Positions 8,231-15,713 of a DNA stretch of 31,858 nucleotides are shown here, piece after piece. Under the pieces are notes generated by a model. It saw only the letters and a program-made list of their open reading frames with translations, made no database searches and was not told the DNA's origin. The translations under genes and the position numbers were made by a program. Position 1 is the first letter of the stretch, and each line of letters starts with the position of its first letter. This DNA comes from a virus (lineage: Duplodnaviria; Caudoviricetes), in IMG/VR virus record IMGVR_UViG_3300012952_000069, positions 1 to 31,858 of that record. The stretch is one strand, 5' to 3'.

Positions 8231-8787
8231 TGTCAGATAAGAACGTAGGATTAGACGCAAGGTATAAGTCTTTTAAAGAGAGAATCAAGAAACTTGGTTA
8301 CATAAAAGACACTGCCAAAAAAGTAAACAAAGTAATCGAAAAAGTCGGTGACTTTGGTATGATGTCTGACGCAGGGAACAAGAAAGTTGCTCGTGCAGTT
8401 GCACAGAGTAAAAACGAAAAGGATTTACGAGCAAGACTAGATAAACTCAGCAAAATGGCTGGTGGAAAATATGTCGAAGCAAGTGAAGATGAAGTTATCA
8501 TGAGAGCTGTTAATGCTTTAGACTATGGTGCAAAGGGTACACAGAAACACGCAGATGCGAATGTTATGGTACAATTAGCAGCTATAGACGATACTAAAAG
8601 AGATACAGACGTGAGAACAGATGACATGAAAAAGACGAAAGTCAAGGCAAGTGATGCAAGTAAAGTATATAAAGCTTTAATGAGTATCAAAGCGCCACTC
8701 AGGTCTAAATACTTAAACATGATGCAGAAGGACTCGAAAGGGTTTAAGAAAGCATTTGACGCTGTCTTAAAGGTAGCGAATAAATAA
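8230..8787 (+). CDS. basic modular hypothetical protein
   Basis: 185-aa ORF, TAATG-coupled; VIE linker then DFGMMSDAGNKKVARAV module. Confidence 0.7.
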   Translation: MSDKNVGLDARYKSFKERIKKLGYIKDTAKKVNKVIEKVGDFGMMSDAGNKKVARAVAQSKNEKDLRARLDKLSKMAGGKYVEASEDEVIMRAVNALDYGAKGTQKHADANVMVQLAAIDDTKRDTDVRTDDMKKTKVKASDASKVYKALMSIKAPLRSKYLNMMQKDSKGFKKAFDAVLKVANK

Positions 8788-8796
8788 ACGAGAGGA
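8780..8796 (+). promoter_or_regulatory. late promoter ATAAATA plus SD (GAGG)
   Basis: AATAAATAAACGAGAGGAAATAAAAATG. Confidence 0.65.
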
Positions 8797-8803
8797 AATA
8801 AAA

Positions 8804-9355
8804 ATGGCACTATGGGGAGTATCAGACGCAGACGAAAGTAAACCAAAGTATCTTTCAGACGCCGATAAGAAAAACACTATTGCTAAGCCAGAAGGCTGGG
8901 TTCTAAAAAAGACTGTAGGTTCTAGAAATCTAGAAGAGATTTTGGTTGCTACTGGTGCAGACCTTGCCGTTGGTATTGGACAGGCAGATATTACAGAAAT
9001 TGATTTTGTTACAACAGCATTTGATAAATCAGATGGTGGAACATTATCAGTTAAAGTATTCTTCAACGAGAATGTGACTGTAAGTGGAACACCACAACTA
9101 ACTGTTGTTAACGACACAAATGCAAACCATACATTATCGTATGCTAGTGGTTCAACCACTAACGAACTTGTATTCAGTCTTACGATTGCAGCTGGAAACG
9201 CAGCTACAGACGCAGGTGACGTACTAAGTATTGGTGCAAACGCAATGTCGTTAAATGGTGGAACTATTGTTGACACAGCAGGTGGTGGTAACGCAACTAT
9301 CACTAATGTTGCAGGAATAGGAACAGCTGCTGGAACAATAACTGTTACAGCTTAA
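8804..9355 (+). CDS. virion structural protein (MALWG N-terminus, Ig-like beta domain)
   Basis: MALWG...KPKYL...EGWV N-terminus typical of marine T4-like structural proteins; VFFNENVTVSGTPQL...YASGS...LVF Ig-like, G/T/A-rich. Confidence 0.7.
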   Translation: MALWGVSDADESKPKYLSDADKKNTIAKPEGWVLKKTVGSRNLEEILVATGADLAVGIGQADITEIDFVTTAFDKSDGGTLSVKVFFNENVTVSGTPQLTVVNDTNANHTLSYASGSTTNELVFSLTIAAGNAATDAGDVLSIGANAMSLNGGTIVDTAGGGNATITNVAGIGTAAGTITVTA

Positions 9356-9374
9356 CATTGAATAGGAATATATT

Positions 9375-10265
9375 ATGACAACCAATTTTGACAATAGTGG
9401 TGCAGCTACACTAGGAAACTGTGATGTTTCTATGCTCACCACTGTCTGCAATAAAGACATGATTACTGATGCAGAATTCGATACATTATGGGAAGGGAAT
9501 AAGAAAAGATTCTACGTACACCAAGCATGGCCTATACTTTTCGATTCTGTCGATAAGGACGGTAATGCTGGTGTTTACAAATGTACAGACGAAGCAGATG
9601 CAAAGGTTAAACTTAAACAGTATTTAAATGATTGTCAGACTGGATATGTAAGTGAAGGTATAGACAGTTACCTTGTTAAAGTATACGAAGGTTCTAATAT
9701 TGTTTGTTTATACCAACTATTGGCTATTAAATTCAAAAGTTCAGGTTTTGAGAATGACGATAGTGGGTACGGAATTGCAAAAGACCCCGACCTTCAAAAA
9801 GTTTGGGAAGCAAACGGTCAAACAGGAGATTACAGAGATAAAACTGTGGTGACTGAATGCACTATGACTTTACCTTTATCAAACGGTGTAAGTTCACGTG
9901 AATGGTTTTATTCTTGGATGGTACAAAATAGTCACTTTGAAGCAATACACACAGCTCTCAAAGCTGATGGTTACGAACATGTGTTAAATTCACTCAGTGG
10001 AAGTGTTCAAAAACAATACGCTTTAGATATTTTTAACTTAATGAAAGATACTATTGTTGACAACATTCCAAGAGGAAGACATGCAGGTCAAAGTACGGAA
10101 GCAACTCCTGTGTTTGGGTATGTAAATGATAATAGAACTCCAGCATATTCGTTAGGATTGCAACACCAACACCCTAACTATGCTGACTTACCTGATAACA
10201 TAAAACCCTGCGGTTGGCCATTTACAACAACAAAAATTGGTGGACAATATCCACCATTCGATTAA
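9375..10265 (+). CDS. hypothetical protein, distant paralog of 10555..11409
   Basis: 296-aa ORF with AGGA upstream; shares WExNGQTGD[YF]R and C-terminal GWP with the 10555 gene. Confidence 0.7.
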   Translation: MTTNFDNSGAATLGNCDVSMLTTVCNKDMITDAEFDTLWEGNKKRFYVHQAWPILFDSVDKDGNAGVYKCTDEADAKVKLKQYLNDCQTGYVSEGIDSYLVKVYEGSNIVCLYQLLAIKFKSSGFENDDSGYGIAKDPDLQKVWEANGQTGDYRDKTVVTECTMTLPLSNGVSSREWFYSWMVQNSHFEAIHTALKADGYEHVLNSLSGSVQKQYALDIFNLMKDTIVDNIPRGRHAGQSTEATPVFGYVNDNRTPAYSLGLQHQHPNYADLPDNIKPCGWPFTTTKIGGQYPPFD

Positions 10266-10275
10266 GAGGTAAACA

Positions 10276-10539
10276 ATGAAAATTAAAGTATTAGGTTCAG
10301 AAGCTGCTTGTGGTACATCTACTACTAATGGTTCTAACTTTGGCAGTTCAACTGCAGTTAGACTATGCAATAGTGGTGGCACAGACAGATTAGTATCAGT
10401 TGAGACATCTGCAAATTCACTTATCGGTACATTTACACTAAAAGCAAATAGTGTTGAGATTGTACAGAAAGACCCGTCAGATGAAATCTTTGCCGCCCAC
10501 GCTTCAGTTTTAGGTGTTGGTGTTGCAATAACTTCTTAA
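10276..10539 (+). CDS. small beta-strand virion structural protein (putative)
   Basis: GAGG RBS; S/T/G/A-rich, AVRLCN...IGTFTL...VEIVQKDPSDEIFA pattern of small T4-like structural proteins. Confidence 0.55.
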   Translation: MKIKVLGSEAACGTSTTNGSNFGSSTAVRLCNSGGTDRLVSVETSANSLIGTFTLKANSVEIVQKDPSDEIFAAHASVLGVGVAITS

Positions 10540-10554
10540 AGGAAGAAATATATT

Positions 10555-11409
10555 ATGCCGTATCAAGTTACGATGGACAGAACCCTGTCCGAAACTGACA
10601 TAGACAGACTAATTCAGTCTGAATTAAGTCGTAGAAAATACAATACTATTCACACCGAGAACACAGACGAAGAATTCATAGCAAAATGGAAAAACGATAT
10701 TGCGATGATGCAACAAATTTATCCTACTGGTAGATTTAGAAATATCCGCTGGTATGCTGAAGGTAATCAACCGATGATGAATCCTGCTGACCCGTTAGGT
10801 CTTGAAGCACACCCCACAGACAATACTTGTACTATAATCTTTACTAGTTTTTGTCACCCTTGTAAGGACAGCCAAGACAATTATATATTTGGTAAATCTG
10901 AATCAATGATTGAACAAATACAGAACGACTGGGAAACGAATGGTCAAACAGGAGACTTTAGAGAAACATTAGGTCTTACAGATATGGCATTGTGGAATGA
11001 TAATCCAGCTACTGGTGAAACAAGTGCAGATATAATAAAACGTTGGTCACTATTACCGCATGAAAAAGGATTTGCCATATCAGACCCTAGTAAGATAACA
11101 TTTGTTCCTGTAATCGAATACTTTAAATCAATAGGTGTATCTCACCATGGATATTTTATTTTAGGTCAGAAACCTAAAGAATTTACTGAAATGATGAAAG
11201 TAGGTACAGAAAATAACAAGGGTGTAGAAACAATCAATGGAAAAGACAGAAGGGAAGCACCAAGTGATTTTCCTTGGCCATGGCAATATGGAATGTCAGA
11301 CGTAACTGGTGGAGAACTTACATTCATTCTTCAATATTTAAATTGCGAAGACGATATTGTAAATGGGCCTGAGATTATTCAGGATTATGGTTGGCCAGGC
11401 ACCAAATAA
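10555..11409 (+). CDS. hypothetical protein, distant paralog of 9375..10265
   Basis: 284-aa ORF; DWETNGQTGDFRE and YGWP. Confidence 0.7.
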   Translation: MPYQVTMDRTLSETDIDRLIQSELSRRKYNTIHTENTDEEFIAKWKNDIAMMQQIYPTGRFRNIRWYAEGNQPMMNPADPLGLEAHPTDNTCTIIFTSFCHPCKDSQDNYIFGKSESMIEQIQNDWETNGQTGDFRETLGLTDMALWNDNPATGETSADIIKRWSLLPHEKGFAISDPSKITFVPVIEYFKSIGVSHHGYFILGQKPKEFTEMMKVGTENNKGVETINGKDRREAPSDFPWPWQYGMSDVTGGELTFILQYLNCEDDIVNGPEIIQDYGWPGTK

Positions 11410-11411
11410 GG

Positions 11412-11418
11412 ATAAATA
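11412..11418 (+). promoter_or_regulatory. late promoter ATAAATA, 5 nt before ATG 11424
   Basis: GGATAAATAAACATATG. Confidence 0.7.
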
Positions 11419-11423
11419 AACAT

Positions 11424-11822
11424 ATGAAAACTTTCAAAACATATCTAGTAGAAGACCTAGACCATTCTTACGAAGGAATGTCAGGTGAACACAATATAGA
11501 TGACGCAGAAATTAAAACAAGACTTAATGCAATTTTAGGTCACACTGCTTCTATGGAATTTATAAATCCAAAAGCCGCAGTTGCACAAATGGAAGCGAAA
11601 CTTGCTTTACTTGGATTGTCGCATGACGGAAATATAAACGACATGGACATGAACGAAAGTGGTGAGTTTGAAATTTCTTTTAAACGTTATGGTGATATCA
11701 TGGGTAAATCTGTAGATACACCTCATGACGAAATTGAAGAAGAGTCTATGAATTATACTATGAAAATCAGAACTGAGAAATTAGAATCAGGTTCATTCAA
11801 AGTATACGGTTCATTAGTCTAA
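11424..11822 (+). CDS. putative internal head protein with capsid-targeting leader
   Basis: True start ATG 11424: MKTFKTYLVE, matching T4 IP-type MKT[FY]xx[FY]xxE leaders. Confidence 0.7.
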   Translation: MKTFKTYLVEDLDHSYEGMSGEHNIDDAEIKTRLNAILGHTASMEFINPKAAVAQMEAKLALLGLSHDGNINDMDMNESGEFEISFKRYGDIMGKSVDTPHDEIEEESMNYTMKIRTEKLESGSFKVYGSLV

Positions 11823-11868
11823 TCTTCTTCCTTACACTATATACTAGTGTAAACAAAAATATATTATT

Positions 11869-12240
11869 ATGAGTCTATTTGACAAACTTACAGCGAAGAA
11901 CTTCGCTGCCTACGCAATGAAACATTACGATGACCCTCAGTGTGAGGACATGGAAGATTTCTATGAAGACTTACGTAGGTTCCGATACCTTAAAAGACTT
12001 CTCTTTAGATACTATCAACATGGAGAACTTAGAGAACGTCTCATGCTCAATCACCTCATTTGTATTTTTAATGTCTTTGGATATGAAGCGTCAATGAGAA
12101 TGTTAAAGTTCAAAATCAAAGACCAAGGTTATTGGTCGTCAATCAAAACAATGCTTATATATCTTGGATACGTTGAAGAGGGATTTGAAGTAGAGGTTCC
12201 AATAGACGAAACTCTTGCAACGACCCTTCGACAGGTATAA
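11869..12240 (+). CDS. conserved T4-like phage hypothetical protein
   Basis: AMKHYDDPQC...FYEDLRRFRYLKRL...RLMLNHLICIFNVFG, a pattern commonly seen near primase in marine T4-likes. Confidence 0.75.
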   Translation: MSLFDKLTAKNFAAYAMKHYDDPQCEDMEDFYEDLRRFRYLKRLLFRYYQHGELRERLMLNHLICIFNVFGYEASMRMLKFKIKDQGYWSSIKTMLIYLGYVEEGFEVEVPIDETLATTLRQV

Positions 12241-12243
12241 ATA
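12236..12243 (+). promoter_or_regulatory. late promoter TATAAATA, 5 nt before ATG 12249
   Basis: Exact T4 late consensus. Confidence 0.75.
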
Positions 12244-12248
12244 GATAT

Positions 12249-12848
12249 ATGGCAACCCGAATAATAGATACACTTATTGTCTTCCGCATACTTAAGATGT
12301 TAACTACACCTTTTGAGAAGACGCAAGCATATAAGTTTGGGTTCATTGATAAGAACGGTAAAAGAATCACACATAAACCCGACCCTAACAATAAGAATGT
12401 AAAACTAGAGAATAAACCTTCTACGTCTGCCGAGAAAGCGTCACTTACACCATTACATAGATTGGTATTCAATCTAAAAAAACTTATAGAAAAAATACCA
12501 TTTGGTAAATCAGCATTTGCCTCATACGCAGTAGCACTCGCATTACTCAAAGAAGAAACAAGATTAACAGAAGACCAAGCAGACGAGTTATGTGAAAAGT
12601 TTTACAGACACTTGAAGGAGAAAGATTTAGTTACCGCTGAGTCATTACAAGAAACTATAAATCTTGGAGACTTAGAAGTTGGACACACATATCATACTAG
12701 AATGCCTATCCTTCAAAATGATTTAAAATATCCACATAAAACACCTATACAAATTGTTGCAGAACATAGTATAGTATACGGTGTTAGGGTTTACATAGGA
12801 TTCCTAAACGAACACAGAGTTTTGGTAACAGCAGACGATGTTTATTGA
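12249..12848 (+). CDS. conserved T4-like protein (61.1-like, primase-neighbouring family)
   Basis: FRILKMLTTPFEKTQAYKFGFIDKNGK...EKASLTPLHRLVFNLKK; family recalled, unverified. Confidence 0.6.
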   Translation: MATRIIDTLIVFRILKMLTTPFEKTQAYKFGFIDKNGKRITHKPDPNNKNVKLENKPSTSAEKASLTPLHRLVFNLKKLIEKIPFGKSAFASYAVALALLKEETRLTEDQADELCEKFYRHLKEKDLVTAESLQETINLGDLEVGHTYHTRMPILQNDLKYPHKTPIQIVAEHSIVYGVRVYIGFLNEHRVLVTADDVY

Positions 12849-13596
12849 AGAAGTATTAAATATTGACAACATGGTTTTCAAACCTCAGACGGAGTTGAAG
12901 AAACCTAAGTATGACAAAATTAAGATTTGGGAAGACGGTTGGGAAAGAATCCAAGTCGCACCACCGCCTGCAAATAATTCTACACAGACACTAGACGATA
13001 TCAAGAAGATACAAAACGAATTAGAACGTGCTACTGAAACTGTCAAACAACAATACTTAAACTGTGACGAGGATTCCTCTTACTATATCAAAAAGTATAT
13101 GGAAGATAATGACTTAGAATATGATAATGATAACATTGAATTCATGGAGAAACAGTGTAGTCCAGTCATAAGACATTTTAAAAACTTCTTCAACAGACCT
13201 AGACCATATCAAATTGCAGATAAACTAGGAATGAAGTTTGACCCATACGTAACACCAACTGCTCAGACTCCTTCTTATCCAAGTGGTCACGCAGTACAAC
13301 CAAGAGTAGTTGCACATTACTATGCTGAAAAGTATCCTGAACATAGTGAAGGATTGTATAGAGGTGCACATATATGTGGTTGGGGTAGAGTACAGGCAGG
13401 TTTACATTATCCTTCTGATTACACTGCAGGGATACAAATTGCAGACGATTTAATGGGATTCTTAAAAGAAGGTGAACTATCAGAAGATGCACCAGTGAAC
13501 GCAACAGGGCCAGGCATTGCAATGCCACCCACAATGAGAAAGAAAAGGAAACAAGACAAAAGATTTTTTGAGCTTTGGACTAGAAAACCAAAATAA
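12838..13596 (+). CDS. PAP2/haloperoxidase-superfamily phosphatase
   Basis: All three motifs: KNFFNRPRP (Kx6RP), YPSGH, GRVQAGLHYPSD (Rx5Hx3D); soluble; C-terminal EDAPVN tail. Confidence 0.88.
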   Translation: MFIEEVLNIDNMVFKPQTELKKPKYDKIKIWEDGWERIQVAPPPANNSTQTLDDIKKIQNELERATETVKQQYLNCDEDSSYYIKKYMEDNDLEYDNDNIEFMEKQCSPVIRHFKNFFNRPRPYQIADKLGMKFDPYVTPTAQTPSYPSGHAVQPRVVAHYYAEKYPEHSEGLYRGAHICGWGRVQAGLHYPSDYTAGIQIADDLMGFLKEGELSEDAPVNATGPGIAMPPTMRKKRKQDKRFFELWTRKPK

Positions 13597-13599
13597 ATT

Positions 13600-14412
13600 A
13601 TGAAATTTCTAAACTATTTGGCATTAGCCACCAGTCTAATGATAGCAGGTATCGCCGCCTATTTTTCAGTAATAGGTATGGGGATTATATTTGCTGGTGC
13701 GTATATGTCCACGATAGTCATGATGAGTGCACTGGAATTTGGTAAGATAGTTACAGCAGCCTATGTTCATTTGTTTTGGGACAAACTGAACTACATGAAA
13801 TACTATCTTGCATTTTCAGTATTCATTCTTATGTTGATTACCTCACTGGGTATATTTGGTTTCCTATCTAAAGCAAACATAGAACAAACATTACAAGGTG
13901 ACTCATACTCACTAGAAATGTCTATTATAGATAAAAGACTTGACGCAAAGAACAACGAATTACAGAGACTGGAAGACAGGATTGCGAATCTAGATAACAT
14001 TATTGCAACTGCTAGACCGCAAGACAGAAATTATATCGACAGACGACAAAGAGACGAGAGACAAGAAATAGGAAATGATATTGACACAGTCGTAGATGAT
14101 ATAGTAAAATTGAATGAAGAGAAATTACCTTTTCAAAGATTACAATTAGAACAAGAGGGGGAGATTGGGCCAATCAAGTACGTTGCAGAAATGATATACG
14201 GACAAGACGAGGCACAAAACTATTTGGACAATGCGGTAAGGTGGGTAATCATTGCACTGATATTTGTATTTGACCCTCTCGCACTATTGTTATTAATAAC
14301 TGCTACTAGTTTGATAGCAAATTATAAAGCGCCAGAACAACCAAGAATTGTTGTTCGAGTGCCGAAAAAAAACCTAAATAAAACTACATTCTTAGGAGAT
14401 AAAAATGAGTGA
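13600..14412 (+). CDS. membrane protein with central coiled coil
   Basis: Three N-terminal hydrophobic helices, heptad coiled coil, C-terminal TM (IIALIFVFDPLALLLLI). Confidence 0.8.
   Translation: MKFLNYLALATSLMIAGIAAYFSVIGMGIIFAGAYMSTIVMMSALEFGKIVTAAYVHLFWDKLNYMKYYLAFSVFILMLITSLGIFGFLSKANIEQTLQGDSYSLEMSIIDKRLDAKNNELQRLEDRIANLDNIIATARPQDRNYIDRRQRDERQEIGNDIDTVVDDIVKLNEEKLPFQRLQLEQEGEIGPIKYVAEMIYGQDEAQNYLDNAVRWVIIALIFVFDPLALLLLITATSLIANYKAPEQPRIVVRVPKKNLNKTTFLGDKNE
14374..14398 (+). promoter_or_regulatory. late promoter CTAAATA plus SD (AGGAG)
   Basis: CCTAAATAAAACTACATTCTTAGGAGATAAAAATG. Confidence 0.55.
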
Positions 14413-14650
14413 AGAAAGAAAAGCAGAAGACTTTCCATTAGAAAAACCTAGCTTGGGTGATAATCCTAAAACTGATAAAGAAAGTGAAGGATATAAACTT
14501 ATGATGAAATCATACGAAAAAGGTATGGAAGAGTATAACATCAAGTTAGAAAGGTGGTTAGCAGGAGAACAAGTCGCAGGTGTTGATTTTGTGGTTGTGC
14601 CTGACGGTGAAGGTGGAACTACAGAAGAACCTGTAGAAGATTCTGAATAA
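14405..14650 (+). CDS. small acidic hypothetical protein
   Basis: 81-aa ORF with AGGAG RBS. Confidence 0.7.
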   Translation: MSEERKAEDFPLEKPSLGDNPKTDKESEGYKLMMKSYEKGMEEYNIKLERWLAGEQVAGVDFVVVPDGEGGTTEEPVEDSE

Positions 14651-14656
14651 AACACC

Positions 14657-14685
14657 TTGTTCAAACCATGTCTATCTAGTATAAT
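14657..14685 (+). promoter_or_regulatory. sigma70-type (early/middle) promoter for the primase-nrd operon
   Basis: TTGTTC, 17 nt, TATAAT; ATG 8 nt downstream. Confidence 0.7.
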
Positions 14686-14693
14686 GGCTAGTA

Positions 14694-15713
14694 ATGATAT
14701 GGTTAGAACGAAAATATTTGTCTATGGTGGCATCGAGACTCGATGTCTGCAAGTGGAAGAACGATAACACCCTAAACCACAGATGTCCTTATTGTGGGGA
14801 TTCCCAAAAGAATAAACACAAAGCAAGAGGATATCATTTTGCGGTTGACCAAAACTTTATTTACAAGTGCCACAATTGTGGTAAGTCAACTTCGAGCGTG
14901 CATTTTCTTAAAGACCACTTTCCTGATATTCACAAAGAATATTTGAAAGAGTATCTACAAGAGAAAGGTGGTAAAGTTAAAGTCAAGAAACGTAAAATGC
15001 CAAGTGCAAATGACTTTAAGTTTAAATCAATTCTAAATACCCATAGTGGAGATTTGCGAGCAGTCGCTGTTCGGGCATGGGAGAAGACAGAGTCTAGGGA
15101 ATACCTTCAAGACCGACAGATTGGCGAATCACTTATCAGGGAATTATGGTATGTGCACGATTCTAGTGTGTTATCATACCTGAGTCCGAAGTATAAGGAT
15201 AGAACGCTTGGCAATGACCCTAGAATAGTTTTCCCATTCTACTCAGAGAACGGAGAGTTGATTGGTGTAAGTGGCAGGGCGATAAACGACACGCAACTGA
15301 GATACTTAACCATGAGATTCGTAGATGACGTACCACTCATCTACAACATCAATAAAGTGGACAAGTCAAAGACTATCTATGTCACAGAAGGGCCGATAGA
15401 CAGTCTATTCCTACCAAACTCTATAGCAGTTGGTGGTAGTGATTTTAAAAAGATACAACATCTAAAAGAGAATGCAATAATAATTTATGATAACGAACCA
15501 CGCAATACAGTTATTCTAAAGAAAATCGAAGAAGTAATCGATGACGGTTACTCGGTTTGTATTTGGCATGATAGAAGAGTCGAAGGACTCAAAGATATTA
15601 ATGATATGATTATGGACGGAATGACACAGAATGAAATCGTGGAAGTTATAAACTCTTGCACTTATTCGGGCCTTTCTGCTAAACTTAAGTTACAGGAGTA
15701 TAAAAAAACATGA
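14694..15713 (+). CDS. 61: T4-like DNA primase gp61
   Basis: Zn finger RCPYCGDS...YKCHNCG, TOPRIM VTEGPIDSLF, YDNEPRN, KDINDM. Confidence 0.96.
   Translation: MIWLERKYLSMVASRLDVCKWKNDNTLNHRCPYCGDSQKNKHKARGYHFAVDQNFIYKCHNCGKSTSSVHFLKDHFPDIHKEYLKEYLQEKGGKVKVKKRKMPSANDFKFKSILNTHSGDLRAVAVRAWEKTESREYLQDRQIGESLIRELWYVHDSSVLSYLSPKYKDRTLGNDPRIVFPFYSENGELIGVSGRAINDTQLRYLTMRFVDDVPLIYNINKVDKSKTIYVTEGPIDSLFLPNSIAVGGSDFKKIQHLKENAIIIYDNEPRNTVILKKIEEVIDDGYSVCIWHDRRVEGLKDINDMIMDGMTQNEIVEVINSCTYSGLSAKLKLQEYKKT

Noticed and set aside
15033-15039. CTAAATA inside primase followed by GTG
   Set aside because: The GTG is out of frame and the ORF is short; the motif may be chance in AT-rich DNA
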